Below, in pieces: positions 26,325 to 36,022 of a stretch of 64,000 bases of DNA. Position 1 is the first letter of the stretch. Each line of letters opens with the position of its first letter. A program made the position numbers and the translations under genes. This stretch comes from a bacterium (GTDB lineage Bacteria > Patescibacteriota > Minisyncoccia > Phycocordibacterales > Phycocordibacteraceae): positions 672,001 through 736,000 of the forward strand of contig JBBCGK010000001.1 of NCBI GenBank assembly GCA_037200965.1, given 5' to 3'. Under the pieces are notes generated by a model, which saw nothing but the letters and a program-made list of their open reading frames with translations, did not search any database and had not been told where the DNA came from.

Positions 26325-26395
26325 GGGAGAAGTATAGCGTGGACAACACAAAAGCCGTCTCACAGGAGACGGCTTTTGTTGATTCCAGAACCGTA

Positions 26396-26743
26396 TTATG
26401 CGATCTTCTTCGCGATGCGCGCGAATATCTCCGGATGGTCCTTGGCGAAGGTCGAGAGGACCTTGCGGTCGAGCGCGACGCCCTGCTTCTTCAGCTTCCC
26501 GATGAACGTGCTGTACGACTTGTGGCCGTTCTCGCGGAGCGCGGCATTGAGGCGCACGATCCAGAGCTGACGGTAGTCGGTCTTCTTGTCGCGGCGGTGG
26601 TTGAACGCGTACTTGCCCGCGTGCTGGAGCGCCTCGTGCGCGAAACGCTCCTTCTTGCTCCGTGCGTGGCGGTAGCCCTTGGCGCGCTTGAGCACGTTCC
26701 GGCGCCGCTTCGCAGAGATGATTCCTCCTTTTACTCGTGGCAT
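26396..26743 (-). CDS. rplT: 50S ribosomal protein L20
   Basis: MPRVKGGIISAKRRRNVLKRAKGYRHARSKK is a canonical L20 start. Confidence 0.95.
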   Translation of the reverse strand: MPRVKGGIISAKRRRNVLKRAKGYRHARSKKERFAHEALQHAGKYAFNHRRDKKTDYRQLWIVRLNAALRENGHKSYSTFIGKLKKQGVALDRKVLSTFAKDHPEIFARIAKKIA

Positions 26744-26779
26744 ACGTAAATGATTACAATTCTAAGGTTGATAGGGGGG

Positions 26780-26965
26780 CTAGGAGCCCGGGAGAAAGCG
26801 GCGGCGGATCTTGTTGGAGACGGCAAGATTCACCACGCGGCGTTTCCCCATGGTCTTAGAGCCCGATTCCTTCGCGTTGAAATGGTTCTGGCCGGGCTTG
26901 CGGGCAAGGACCTTGCCGGTACGCGTGACGCGCAGGCGCTTCTGGTATGACTTGTTGGTTTTCAT
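26780..26965 (-). CDS. rpmI: 50S ribosomal protein L35
   Basis: 61 aa, [23 protein letters not shown]... Confidence 0.9.
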   Translation of the reverse strand: MKTNKSYQKRLRVTRTGKVLARKPGQNHFNAKESGSKTMGKRRVVNLAVSNKIRRRFLPGS

Positions 26966-27534
26966 GGTTGTGGGTTTTCCGGTTTCTCTTTCGCGCTTTT
27001 CTCCTGCTTTCCCTGCGCTTCCTTGTCGCGCTCGATGACGCCCGCGAATCCCTTGGGACTTCTCGCGACGGGCTCCGCTATCTTGTACGCGTACGGGATG
27101 AGGAGCAGGAATTTCTCGAGGCGGGCCTTAAGAAAGGCCTCTTCCATTCCTTTATAGCGTCCCTTGAGGAAGAGCTCGGCCCGGACCCGGTGTCCTTCGG
27201 CAAGCCATTCGGCCGCCTTCTTGGCCTTGAGGCGCATGTCGTTGTCCCCGGTCCCGACCTTGATCTGGACCTCCTTGGTTTCCGACACCTTGGCCTTGGC
27301 CCGCGCTTGGCTCTCTTTCTTGCTGCGCTCGTACTCGAATTTACCATAATCCATCACTTTCGCAACGGGCGGGGTCGCGAGGGGCGATATCTCGATGAGG
27401 TCGAGCCCCGCGGCTTCGGCGGCCCGAAGCGCCTCGTCAAGCGTGATGACGCCGAGGTTCTCGCCCTGTGCGCCAATGACGCGCAGCTCGGGTGCGCGTA
27501 TCTCACGGTTGATGCGGGCTCGTTCGGTGCTCAA
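26962..27534 (-). CDS. infC: translation initiation factor IF-3
   Basis: [62 protein letters not shown]: conserved IF3 N and C domains; canonical infC-rpmI-rplT order. Confidence 0.9.
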   Translation of the reverse strand: MSTERARINREIRAPELRVIGAQGENLGVITLDEALRAAEAAGLDLIEISPLATPPVAKVMDYGKFEYERSKKESQARAKAKVSETKEVQIKVGTGDNDMRLKAKKAAEWLAEGHRVRAELFLKGRYKGMEEAFLKARLEKFLLLIPYAYKIAEPVARSPKGFAGVIERDKEAQGKQEKSAKEKPENPQP

Positions 27535-27633
27535 AGCGGTGTTCCACCGACTCTAGCACGAACGAGGCCGTACCTGCAAGGAAATTCAGGCGGCATACCT
27601 TGTTCTTTCCGGATTATGGGTTAAGGTAATCGC

Positions 27634-28761
27634 GTGTCCGATTCCTCCGAACGCGCTGCCAGGAAACTTCTCGCCAAAGCCGATATAGAGATCGGCGGCT
27701 CGCGACCGTGGGATATCCAGGTCCATGACCCGCGCCTCTATGCGCGCGTCTTCCGGTTCGGGAGCCTTGGCCTTGGCGAAGCCTATATGGACGGCTGGTG
27801 GGACGCTCCGGCACCCGACCAGCTCATCGATAAGCTCATATCCGCGCGCCTGCAGGAGACGGTACGGTTTTCCTTCGCGGAACTCCTCGATATCGCGAAA
27901 GGGTATCTGTTCAACCTTCAGTCGCCCTCCCGGGCGCCGGAAGTGGCCGAGAAGCACTACGACCTGGGCAACGACCTGTATAAGGCGATGCTCGACCCGC
28001 GCCTCGTATACACCTCCGGATACTGGAGCGGCACTCCGGCCGCGGGGAACCTGGCCGAAGCGCAGGAAGCCAAGCTCGATCTTATCTGCCGCAAGATCGG
28101 GCTTACAGCGGGCGACCGGGTGCTCGACATCGGGTGCGGCTTCGCGGGATTCGCGAAATACGCCGCCGAGAAGTACGGCGCGCACGTCGTCGGCATCACG
28201 GTTTCCAGGGAACAGCTCGCGCTCGGCAAGGAAATCTGCGAAGGCCTTCCGGTCGAGCTCCGGTTCGAGGACTATCGGGACGTGAACGAGCCGTTCGATC
28301 ATATCGTCTCGATCGAAATGATCGAGGCGGTCGGCGCGAAGAATTTCCGCACGTATATGAAAGTCGTCGAGCGGTGCCTCAAGCCGGGCGGTTTCTTTCT
28401 TCTCCAGGCGATCGGCAATAACGAGTCCGTTATCGCGGGCGACCCGTGGATCACGAAATACATCTTCCCGAACGGCATGCTCCCGTCCGCGGCCCAGCTC
28501 ACGCAAGCGTTCGAGGGGCTTCTCATGATCGAAGACTGGCATAACTTCGGCCCCGACTACGACAAGACGCTCATGGCCTGGTTTACGAACTTCGACAAGG
28601 CCTGGCCGGCGCTTCGCGGGAAGTACGGCGACCGCTTCTATCGTATGTGGAAGTATTATCTCCTTATGTGCGCGGGCCTCTTCCGCGCGCGGCAGACGCA
28701 CGTCTGGCAGATCGTACTGTCGAAGGGAGGAGTCCCGGGCGGATACAAGTCGGTACGATAG
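27634..28761 (+). CDS. cfa: cyclopropane-fatty-acyl-phospholipid synthase family SAM methyltransferase
   Basis: VLDIGCGFAGFAKYAAEKYGAHVVGITVSREQ... with conserved CFA-synthase C-terminal blocks. Confidence 0.8.
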   Translation: MSDSSERAARKLLAKADIEIGGSRPWDIQVHDPRLYARVFRFGSLGLGEAYMDGWWDAPAPDQLIDKLISARLQETVRFSFAELLDIAKGYLFNLQSPSRAPEVAEKHYDLGNDLYKAMLDPRLVYTSGYWSGTPAAGNLAEAQEAKLDLICRKIGLTAGDRVLDIGCGFAGFAKYAAEKYGAHVVGITVSREQLALGKEICEGLPVELRFEDYRDVNEPFDHIVSIEMIEAVGAKNFRTYMKVVERCLKPGGFFLLQAIGNNESVIAGDPWITKYIFPNGMLPSAAQLTQAFEGLLMIEDWHNFGPDYDKTLMAWFTNFDKAWPALRGKYGDRFYRMWKYYLLMCAGLFRARQTHVWQIVLSKGGVPGGYKSVR

Positions 28762-28830
28762 GGATACAAGTGTGGGTATACAAAGAATGCGCGGCCATAC
28801 GCCGCGCATTCTTTAGTATCCGAGCTATTT

Positions 28831-29130
28831 CTATTGCGCTGCCTGCCCGTTCGTTACGGTCGTGGTAGCGGCCGTTTCCACGTTCACGCTGAAGTCGTGA
28901 AGGATGGCGGCGAGATCGGCGAGGTCCTGACTGCAAGCCTCCTTCTTTGCAGGCGTTCCGTCGCAGTCTTCCCTGATCTGGTCGCGCTGGGCGGCGATGT
29001 TGTGCTTGCCGCTTTCAAGCACGGTGGCGAGGTCGTTTCTGGTGCTGATCCAGAAATAAAGCGCCACTACGAGAAGCACGGCGAGAACTCCGGCGACTAT
29101 CCAGGCGGTTGTTGCGTCTTGTCGGTCCAT
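28831..29130 (-). CDS. small membrane-anchored hypothetical protein
   Basis: N-terminal TM (AWIVAGVLAVLLVVALYFWI). Confidence 0.35.
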   Translation of the reverse strand: MDRQDATTAWIVAGVLAVLLVVALYFWISTRNDLATVLESGKHNIAAQRDQIREDCDGTPAKKEACSQDLADLAAILHDFSVNVETAATTTVTNGQAAQ

Positions 29131-29252
29131 ATGAAGGATAAGGTAAGGGTTACTTGGGTCCGGTAATACTCACCAGCCTAGCATGCCGCCCGGCCGGTGA
29201 AGGGTTCATGAAGCGCTGTACAGGCGATCCGGCCGCGTGCTTAACTGGATGC

Positions 29253-29654
29253 ATGCATCTTCGTACGGGCGCGTTTCCCCTCCTTCTCCTTCGCTACACC
29301 TATGTCGCGTTCTTGTCGGTCATGAGCATCGATAAGCTGCTTCACTTCAATGTCGTCGATGCGTGGGAGCGGTTCGCCGGGCCGGTGGTGCATGCGATTC
29401 TTCCGGTAAGCACGGTCGCGATCGTCTCCATCGAGGGAGTCGTCGAGATCGCCATCATCGCCCTCCTCCTTACCAGGTGGTACCGCATCGGCGCGCTCGT
29501 TCTCTTCCTCGCCATCATCCCGGTCTGGATCGATCTCATGATTCTCGGTTTCTACGATCTCGCGCTTCACGATCTCGTCGTTTCCGCGGGCGCCATCGCG
29601 CTCGTCCTCCTTCCTCCTCCGGAGGAGAAGCCTCCGCTTGTTCAGGCGGCATAA
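29253..29654 (+). CDS. small membrane protein (possibly DoxX-like)
   Basis: 3-4 TM helices; the start codon is uncertain. Confidence 0.4.
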   Translation: MHLRTGAFPLLLLRYTYVAFLSVMSIDKLLHFNVVDAWERFAGPVVHAILPVSTVAIVSIEGVVEIAIIALLLTRWYRIGALVLFLAIIPVWIDLMILGFYDLALHDLVVSAGAIALVLLPPPEEKPPLVQAA

Positions 29655-29710
29655 GGTTCACCGTGCGTTCACGGCCGAAGACGCACCATGGGTGGCCTAT
29701 ACTTAGAGCT

Positions 29711-30964
29711 ATGCGAAGAAACTATAGTATCGCGATCGTCATCCTTGCCGTCGTCGTTATCGGCGGTTATTTCACGTACCAATACCTCAAGCAAAAGCCT
29801 CCGGCGTTCCTCATAGAACTCCTCACGAAGACCAGGCCTCCTCCGCCCCTGCCCGCGGGCGACGCCGCGCCCCTGTCGGTATCCGAAGGATTTTCCGCGA
29901 CCATCTTCTCGCGCGCGGTGCCGGGCGCCCGCGTCATGATCCGCGACCCGAAGGGAACAATGCTCGTTTCCGAGACTTCGCAGGGAAGAGTGGTCGCGCT
30001 TCCCGATCCCGATGCCGACGGAAAGGCCGATAAGGTTGTGACCATGCTTGAGCAGCTCGATCAGCCGCACGGCCTCGCGGTTGTCTGTCCGGACACGGGG
30101 AACGCGAGCGCCGACCAGGGCGCGTGCAGGCTGTATGTCGCCGAGACCGGCAGCCTGAAATCCTATGCGTACGACGCCGATACCTATACGGCAAGTGATC
30201 CGGTTTCGGTCGCGGCTTTTCCGACCGGCAGCGGCCACTTCACGCGCACCATCCTTCCGGGTGCCGACGGGAAGAGCCTCTTTGTCTCGGTCGGCTCGTC
30301 CTGCAACGTCTGCATCGAGACGAATCCGCTCCGGGCGACCATCCAGAAGCTCGATCTCGCGACGGGGAAGATGGCGGTATTCGCGAAAGGGCTCCGGAAT
30401 TCCGTCTTCATGGCCCTTAATCCGGTCTCGGGCGAGCTGTGGGCGACCGACAACGGCCGCGACGTGATCGGCGACGACATCCCGCCGGACGACGTGAACA
30501 TCGTGCGCGAAGGCGGCGACTACGGATGGCCCCTCTGCTACGGACAGAATGTCCATGACACCGACTTCGATACCAAGCAATATCTTGTCGATCCGTGCGC
30601 GGGCAAAATCCCGTCGCATATAGAGCTTCCCGCGCATTCTGCAGCGCTTGGTCTCGCGTTCGTGCCGGAAGAAGGATGGCCTGATGGCTGGGGCAACGAT
30701 CTACTTGTCGCATTCCACGGCTCCTGGAACCGCTCGATCCCCACGGGCTACAAGGTTGTCCGCATCGATCTTGATGACAAGGGTAACGAAATCGGTTCTC
30801 TGCAGGATTTCGTCACCGGCTTCCTCCCCGCGAGTTCCCACGATACCGATGATGCTATCGGAAGGCCCGTCGGACTTCTCGCCGAGCCCGGCGGCGTGGT
30901 CTATGTCTCAGACGACCGTGCGGGCGCGGTTTATCGCGTGGCGCGTACGGAAGAGGCGAGATAG
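29711..30964 (+). CDS. PQQ-dependent sugar dehydrogenase (soluble aldose/sorbosone dehydrogenase family), membrane-anchored
   Basis: N-terminal TM followed by beta-propeller blocks (PHGLAV, NGRDVIGDDIPPDDVN, GDYGWPLCYGQ). Confidence 0.7.
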   Translation: MRRNYSIAIVILAVVVIGGYFTYQYLKQKPPAFLIELLTKTRPPPPLPAGDAAPLSVSEGFSATIFSRAVPGARVMIRDPKGTMLVSETSQGRVVALPDPDADGKADKVVTMLEQLDQPHGLAVVCPDTGNASADQGACRLYVAETGSLKSYAYDADTYTASDPVSVAAFPTGSGHFTRTILPGADGKSLFVSVGSSCNVCIETNPLRATIQKLDLATGKMAVFAKGLRNSVFMALNPVSGELWATDNGRDVIGDDIPPDDVNIVREGGDYGWPLCYGQNVHDTDFDTKQYLVDPCAGKIPSHIELPAHSAALGLAFVPEEGWPDGWGNDLLVAFHGSWNRSIPTGYKVVRIDLDDKGNEIGSLQDFVTGFLPASSHDTDDAIGRPVGLLAEPGGVVYVSDDRAGAVYRVARTEEAR

Positions 30965-30974
30965 GATTTCCTTA

Positions 30975-31529
30975 GTGATCGAATATACGCTTCGGGAAAG
31001 CAATCAGGCCCGCGCCGTCCGTATTACCGTCCGCGCGGACGGCAGCGTATCCGTCACCAAGCCGGTACGGGTTTCGCTCAGATTGGCAGAAAAGTTCGTG
31101 GAAGAAAAACAGGAATGGATAGAGAAAACACGGGAACGCTTCGCGAAGAGGAGGGCAAACGGGAAGGACCGTGTGGTACTCCCGAAGCTGCGGCGGGGCA
31201 CGAGCACGCGCCGCGAAGCCGTACGAACCATCCGCACGCTTATCGGAGAGCGCCTCGCGCACTTCAACCGGGAATACGGATACAAGGTCGGCACGATATC
31301 GATACGGGATCAAAAGACGCGCTGGGGAAGCTGCTCGCTAAAAGGGAACTTAAGTTTCAACTATCGCCTCCTGTACCTTCCGCCGACCCACCGCGACTAC
31401 GTCATCGTGCACGAGCTCTGCCACATTAAAGAACACAACCACTCTAAAGCGTTTTGGCTCCTCGTCGGGCGGACGATTCCGGATGCCCGGGCAATTCGCA
31501 GGGAGTTGCGGTCGGGGTATTCGCTCTAG
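30975..31529 (+). CDS. YgjP-like metal-dependent hydrolase (DUF45/M48-like); GTG start
   Basis: HELCHIKEHNHSKAFW motif characteristic of YgjP/SprT-like proteins. Confidence 0.65.
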   Translation: MIEYTLRESNQARAVRITVRADGSVSVTKPVRVSLRLAEKFVEEKQEWIEKTRERFAKRRANGKDRVVLPKLRRGTSTRREAVRTIRTLIGERLAHFNREYGYKVGTISIRDQKTRWGSCSLKGNLSFNYRLLYLPPTHRDYVIVHELCHIKEHNHSKAFWLLVGRTIPDARAIRRELRSGYSL

Positions 31530-31533
31530 GTAC

Positions 31534-31827
31534 TTAGACGAGCTGAACCTTTTTCCCGAACGCTTCGGCGATCCGCCCGAGCGTATCGACCGTGATGCCG
31601 GTCTCGCCGCTTTCGATACGGGCGATGACCGACTGGGGCATGCCTGCTTTCTCGGCGACCGCCTTCTGGGTGAGGCGCTGGCTGCCGCGCAGGGCCGCAA
31701 TCTGTTTTGCGATGCTCAGCCGCACCGCCTCCTCGTTATAGCCGCGGCGGAAGGCCGCTTTCTTCGAGGACTTTCTAAACACGTCGTCGAACGAATAGAG
31801 TTTTATCGTTTTCGGGTTCCTTTTCAT
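31534..31827 (-). CDS. higA: XRE-family HTH antitoxin (HigA-like)
   Basis: LRGSQRLTQKAVAEKAGMPQSVIARIESGE helix-turn-helix; immediately downstream of a Gp49-like toxin gene. Confidence 0.65.
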   Translation of the reverse strand: MKRNPKTIKLYSFDDVFRKSSKKAAFRRGYNEEAVRLSIAKQIAALRGSQRLTQKAVAEKAGMPQSVIARIESGETGITVDTLGRIAEAFGKKVQLV

Positions 31828-31830
31828 ATG

Positions 31831-32139
31831 CTACGGTTTCTTTAGTTGTTTCCAGATTTTTTCCGCATACTCGATTTCCGCTTTCGGGGTCTTGTCGGTC
31901 TTCTTCCTGAATCCCCGTATGAAATAGATGCTGTTCGCGATGAGTACGTACGTAATGCGGTGATGGCCGGAGATAAGTTCGCGTACGGCCCGCCGCAACT
32001 GCTTCGTGTTCGGAATTTGTAGTTCTCCCGCGCGCATCGCGTCGATGTCCGCCGCGATAGCTCCCTGTTCTCCGGCGGCAAGCCCTTCGACATACGTTCT
32101 TGCGGCTTCGAGAAAGTACACGTCGTACCGGTCGCTCAT
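31831..32139 (-). CDS. higB: Gp49-like (DUF891) RelE/HigB-family toxin
   Basis: ITYVLIANSIYFIRGFRKKTDKTPKAEIEYAEKIWKQL resembles Gp49/HigB; a 3-nt gap separates it from the antitoxin. Confidence 0.55.
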   Translation of the reverse strand: MSDRYDVYFLEAARTYVEGLAAGEQGAIAADIDAMRAGELQIPNTKQLRRAVRELISGHHRITYVLIANSIYFIRGFRKKTDKTPKAEIEYAEKIWKQLKKP

Positions 32140-32247
32140 ACGGAACGATTATCTTATAACGGCCTTCGGCAGCCAAGACAAATATAGCAGACTTGCTATA
32201 GTCCCGTCAACCTTGGGGATAGCGGAAAAGAGGCTACCATATTCCGT

Positions 32248-33396
32248 ATGGAAGGCGTTTCATACTGGCTCGACCGGCCCTATAGCCCGCGACCCGCGCT
32301 GTCTTCGGATACCCAGGCCGATGTCGTCGTTATCGGCGGCGGCATCACGGGCGTCTCCGCCGCGTATCACGCGGTTGAGAACGGCTTCAAGACGATTCTC
32401 GTCGAGAAGGATGCAATCGCGTCGGGTTCCGCGGGGAAGAACGGCGGGATGGTGGTCGGAGAGCTGCACCTCGATCTCTGCGAGCTGGCGGATGCCTTTG
32501 GTGAGCCGGAAGCCGTCGAGCTGTGGAAAGCCGCCCGCGGCACCCGCGACTATGTCTTCTCGCTCGTGCGGAAGCACCGTATCGACTGCGACCTGGAACA
32601 ACCCGGGACCCTGTATCTCGGGATAGCTGCCGATAGCCGGAAGAAGTTAGAGCGCGAGCATGCGTACAGGACGCGAAACGGCTTCGACTGTGCGCTTGAA
32701 GAACCCGGTACGCAGTTCAAAGAAAGCGCGATCGGCGAGGTCCTGTATATCCCGGAAGAGGGGACGCTCCATCCGGTGAAGTTCGTTCGGGGACTTGCGG
32801 ATATCGCGGAAGCGCGGGGGCTTCGTATCTTTGAAGGCACGCCCGCGCTCCGTTATGACGCGCATTCCGTCGCGACGCCCCGCGGCACGATCAGCGCGGG
32901 CAAAGTGATTCTCGCCACCGAAAGCGCGCTTCCCGATCTCCGGAAGGAAGAGGGACGGATTATCCGTGAGATAGCGCTCGTGACGGAGCCGCTCTCCGAA
33001 GAGGCGACAGTCCGGATGGACGTGAAGCGCAGGGCGATGTTCTGGGGAACGGACGACGAGATAAACGGCAGGTGGATCGGAGACAGATTGTTCCTCAACG
33101 GGGATACGGCGCTCGAGCCTTCGGCGGATGATTTCGAGCGCGATAAGCGGAAGATACTCGATACGTTTCTCGGATATTTCCCGCAACTCGACAGGAGCGA
33201 GCTTCGCTTCTCGCACGAATGGAGCGGCCTGCTGCTCTATCCGGCCCACTATCACCCGCTCATCCTCGAGCATAATGGCTATTACAAAGTCTTCGGACAG
33301 AACGGCAATGGCCTCACAAACGGCATCATGACCGGAAAAATGATCGCGGACTCGTTCCTCGGGAAGGAGATTCCGGAGGTATACCGGACGCTATAA
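32248..33396 (+). CDS. FAD-dependent oxidoreductase (DAO family)
   Basis: VVVIGGGITGVSAAYHA dinucleotide-binding motif; 382 aa. Confidence 0.8.
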   Translation: MEGVSYWLDRPYSPRPALSSDTQADVVVIGGGITGVSAAYHAVENGFKTILVEKDAIASGSAGKNGGMVVGELHLDLCELADAFGEPEAVELWKAARGTRDYVFSLVRKHRIDCDLEQPGTLYLGIAADSRKKLEREHAYRTRNGFDCALEEPGTQFKESAIGEVLYIPEEGTLHPVKFVRGLADIAEARGLRIFEGTPALRYDAHSVATPRGTISAGKVILATESALPDLRKEEGRIIREIALVTEPLSEEATVRMDVKRRAMFWGTDDEINGRWIGDRLFLNGDTALEPSADDFERDKRKILDTFLGYFPQLDRSELRFSHEWSGLLLYPAHYHPLILEHNGYYKVFGQNGNGLTNGIMTGKMIADSFLGKEIPEVYRTL

Positions 33397-33430
33397 ACGG
33401 GAGACTTATTGCCAGGGTATACTTTCAGCC

Positions 33431-34648
33431 ATGGCTAGCCGGAAAACCAAAGTATTCATTTCCATGCCCTTCACTGGCAAGACGTTTGAGAATTTAAGCA
33501 GGGAGCGCGAGGATTTGCATGCGCTTGCGGCAACCTATGATTTGGAACTTCCGGAGCAGTTCATCGGGTATCAATTCGCAGAAGACTTTAAGACCAAGGA
33601 CTACGATCCGTCATTTGTTCTCGCCAAAGATAAAAAGTACATAAAAGAATCCGATATTGTTGTAGCCGATTTCTCGTCTCCTTCTATCGGCACCGATTGC
33701 GAAACTACTATCGCAAAGGAACTCTATGACAAAAAGATTATCGGCATCGTTCCGGACGTGAATAAGCGGAAGCACGCATGGCTACGCTTTTATTGCGACG
33801 ACTTCGTATCTTCGGTCGAGGAGGCGTTCGAGCTCATACGGGCGAAATACGCGAACCATAATCATCCGGAGCATGTCGACAAGCGCCAGTACGACTCTAT
33901 TGCCGTCGAGTACCAGCTTGTCGAAGCCACGCCTATCCAGAAGTACGTGTACGACCCGAACGCGCGGGAGCTTCTCGGGGAATACGGCACCGGCAAGAAA
34001 GTCGCCGTGTTCCATTGCGCGAGCGGGCATCGGGCGCGTATAGCCAAAGAAGCGGGCGCGAAGGAGGTTATCGGGATCGATACTTCCTTTAGGCAGATAA
34101 GTCTCGCTCGTGAGATAGAGCTTTCTAAGCCGCAGGGCATTGAATATCGGGTCCTGAATGCTTATTCGAAGGATTTCCCCGATGAATTTCCAAAGGAATA
34201 TAATGGAAGTCTTGACGTCGTACTCGGGTTTTTCCTCATAGATCACGCGCAGACGGAAACAGAGCTCCAAAAGCTTGCGGAAAACGTTTACTCGAGCCTT
34301 GCGCCCGGAGGAGTGTTTATAGCCATGCTCGACGACTCGGAGGCGCGTACCCCGACTGACCCGAAGTACGGTGTCGCGATAGAGCCTTTAGAAGGGAAGG
34401 GGGATGCGAGCCAGCGCCGCATAGTCATCTATCAGAACATGAAGGACGGCGAGGATCGGGCCGTACTCCATTTCTTCAATTTCGAATGGACACGAGCCAC
34501 GGTACAGAGGGTATTTTCCGAAGCCGGGTTCGCTGCCGAATTCAAGGACCCGTTCGTGGCACCGGAAGGGAAAGAGCGTCTGGGGGAGGACTTCTGGAGG
34601 AAATACGAGGAAGATCCGGACAACGTGCTGTTTATCTGCAGGAAATAA
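33431..34648 (+). CDS. fusion protein: nucleoside 2-deoxyribosyltransferase-like N-domain plus a class I SAM methyltransferase C-domain
   Basis: N-terminus KVFISMPFTGK...DIVVADFSSPSIGTDCETTIAKELYDKKIIGIV has the NDT-like Rossmannoid pattern. C-terminus KVAVFHCASGHRARIAKEAGAKEVIGIDTS...LDVVLGFFLIDHA...LAPGGVFIAM matches MTase motifs I-IV. AT-richer than the host. Confidence 0.55.
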   Translation: MASRKTKVFISMPFTGKTFENLSREREDLHALAATYDLELPEQFIGYQFAEDFKTKDYDPSFVLAKDKKYIKESDIVVADFSSPSIGTDCETTIAKELYDKKIIGIVPDVNKRKHAWLRFYCDDFVSSVEEAFELIRAKYANHNHPEHVDKRQYDSIAVEYQLVEATPIQKYVYDPNARELLGEYGTGKKVAVFHCASGHRARIAKEAGAKEVIGIDTSFRQISLAREIELSKPQGIEYRVLNAYSKDFPDEFPKEYNGSLDVVLGFFLIDHAQTETELQKLAENVYSSLAPGGVFIAMLDDSEARTPTDPKYGVAIEPLEGKGDASQRRIVIYQNMKDGEDRAVLHFFNFEWTRATVQRVFSEAGFAAEFKDPFVAPEGKERLGEDFWRKYEEDPDNVLFICRK

Positions 34649-34684
34649 TTTCTTCGAGCAGGATTTGAAGTTCTTAAGACAGAT

Positions 34685-35191
34685 TTACTTCAAAATAAAT
34701 TCCTCCCGCAACAGCGCATAGCCGACAGCATCGACGTATTCTCCCGTCTCGCGGTTTTCCCATTCCTTCTTGTGTCGCGCTTCCTGTCGGAAGCCGAGGG
34801 ACTCGAATACTTTTCGCATAGCGGCGTTATCCTCCCTGGTCGTCGCGTATATCCTGCGGATTTTATCGTAGCGGCCGAAGATGTAGGCAATGCCTTCTTT
34901 AAGCAGCTTCGTTCCGACTCCTTTCCCGCGCGCGTCTTTGTCTACGCAGAGAGTAAACGAAGGCGCGTCGCTGCCGGAGTTCTTTATGTTATCGAAATGG
35001 ATGAATCCGAGCAGCTTGCTTTCGTCGTAGCATACGAGCGTCTGAGCCGTCTCGCTTGAGAAATAATTCTCATCCCGGATTGCAAGGCCCCGTTCGTCGA
35101 TTATCGGATCCAGAAAATACTCCCAGCGATTCGAAGTCAGGAGATGATGAATGGCAGGAAGATCTCCGGGTCTGAAAAGATGTATTTCCAT
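34685..35191 (-). CDS. GNAT family N-acetyltransferase
   Basis: CVDKDARGKGVGTKLL acetyl-CoA-binding motif. Confidence 0.8.
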   Translation of the reverse strand: MEIHLFRPGDLPAIHHLLTSNRWEYFLDPIIDERGLAIRDENYFSSETAQTLVCYDESKLLGFIHFDNIKNSGSDAPSFTLCVDKDARGKGVGTKLLKEGIAYIFGRYDKIRRIYATTREDNAAMRKVFESLGFRQEARHKKEWENRETGEYVDAVGYALLREEFILK

Positions 35192-35364
35192 GGAATAAAT
35201 AGTACCACTTCCCGCTTCTAGAAAGCGCTACGCTTTTCTCCCTCGACGATCATTACACTTCTTGTCCATCGTGGACTCTTGGTGGGGAAGGCGTGAATAA
35301 AAACCAATCCCCCTCCTTAAGTGAGAGAGCTTTTCCTAATCTAAAGGCGAGATATACTAGACGC

Positions 35365-35820
35365 ATGACAACGCAACAGTATTCAATCCGCATCAACGCG
35401 CCGAAGGAAAAGGTTTGGAACACAATGCTCGGTCAGGACACGTATCGGGAATGGACGAGCGCCTTTAACGAAGGCGGACGTTTTGAGGGCAGCTGGGACC
35501 AGGGTTCCAAGATTCTTTTCCTTGGACCGGATCCTCTGACCGGAAAGGAGGGGGGTATGGTTTCCCGCATCAGGGAGAACAGACCGTATGAGTTCATCTC
35601 TATCGAGCACCTCGGTATTATGAAAGACGGTGTCGAAGATACGACGAGCGAAGAGGCAAAAAAGTGGGCTCCTGCATACGAAAACTATACTTTCACCGAA
35701 AAGGACGGTGTCACCGAAGTGTCCGTAGATATCGACATCGCTGAGGAGTTTGCCGATATGTTTAAAGAGGCGTGGCCGAAGGGTCTTGCAAAGCTTAAAG
35801 AAATCTCCGAAAAGCCCTAG
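35365..35820 (+). CDS. SRPBCC-fold protein (AHSA1/activator of Hsp90 ATPase-like)
   Basis: ~150 aa; pattern typical of the SRPBCC ligand-binding fold. The start is set at the internal MTTQQYS. Confidence 0.5.
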   Translation: MTTQQYSIRINAPKEKVWNTMLGQDTYREWTSAFNEGGRFEGSWDQGSKILFLGPDPLTGKEGGMVSRIRENRPYEFISIEHLGIMKDGVEDTTSEEAKKWAPAYENYTFTEKDGVTEVSVDIDIAEEFADMFKEAWPKGLAKLKEISEKP

Positions 35821-35838
35821 GTATGTATCTCTAAAAGA

Positions 35839-35864
35839 AAACAGCCCGCTTAGGTGGGCTGTTT
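35839..35864 (+). terminator. intrinsic terminator (AAACAGCCC gcttaggt GGGCTGTTT, then TCT)
   Basis: 9-bp stem followed by a U-run, 20 nt after the stop. Confidence 0.55.
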
Positions 35865-35868
35865 TCTA

Positions 35869-36022
35869 TCTAGCGGGATTGGTTATCCCAGGGTTAGAAC
35901 CTCGCTGATGCAAAGAAACTTCTATATTTCCTAAGTGGTAGGCATAATGAGTACACAAAAGCCAATACGTGCCTACAGGGTACCCAGAATTAGGTCGAGA
36001 GGTTAAAACCTCCTCCTACAGA
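35869..36022. repeat. copy 1 of a ~150-bp repeated structured element
   Basis: Shares with copy 2 (38788-38985) the blocks CTAGCGGG, AGAACCTCGCTGAT, ATATTTCCT, a ~50-nt block AATGAGyAyACAAAAGCCAATACGTGCyTAyAGGGTrCCCArAAyTAGG, and GGTTArAACCTCC. It also contains the internal hairpin GTAGGCA...TGCCTAC. Confidence 0.8.

Noticed and set aside
35869-36022. The ~150-bp repeat interpreted as tRNA genes
   Set aside because: Manual folding on both strands gives T-loop-like GGTTAGAACC hairpins but no acceptor, D or anticodon arm arrangement consistent with a cloverleaf.
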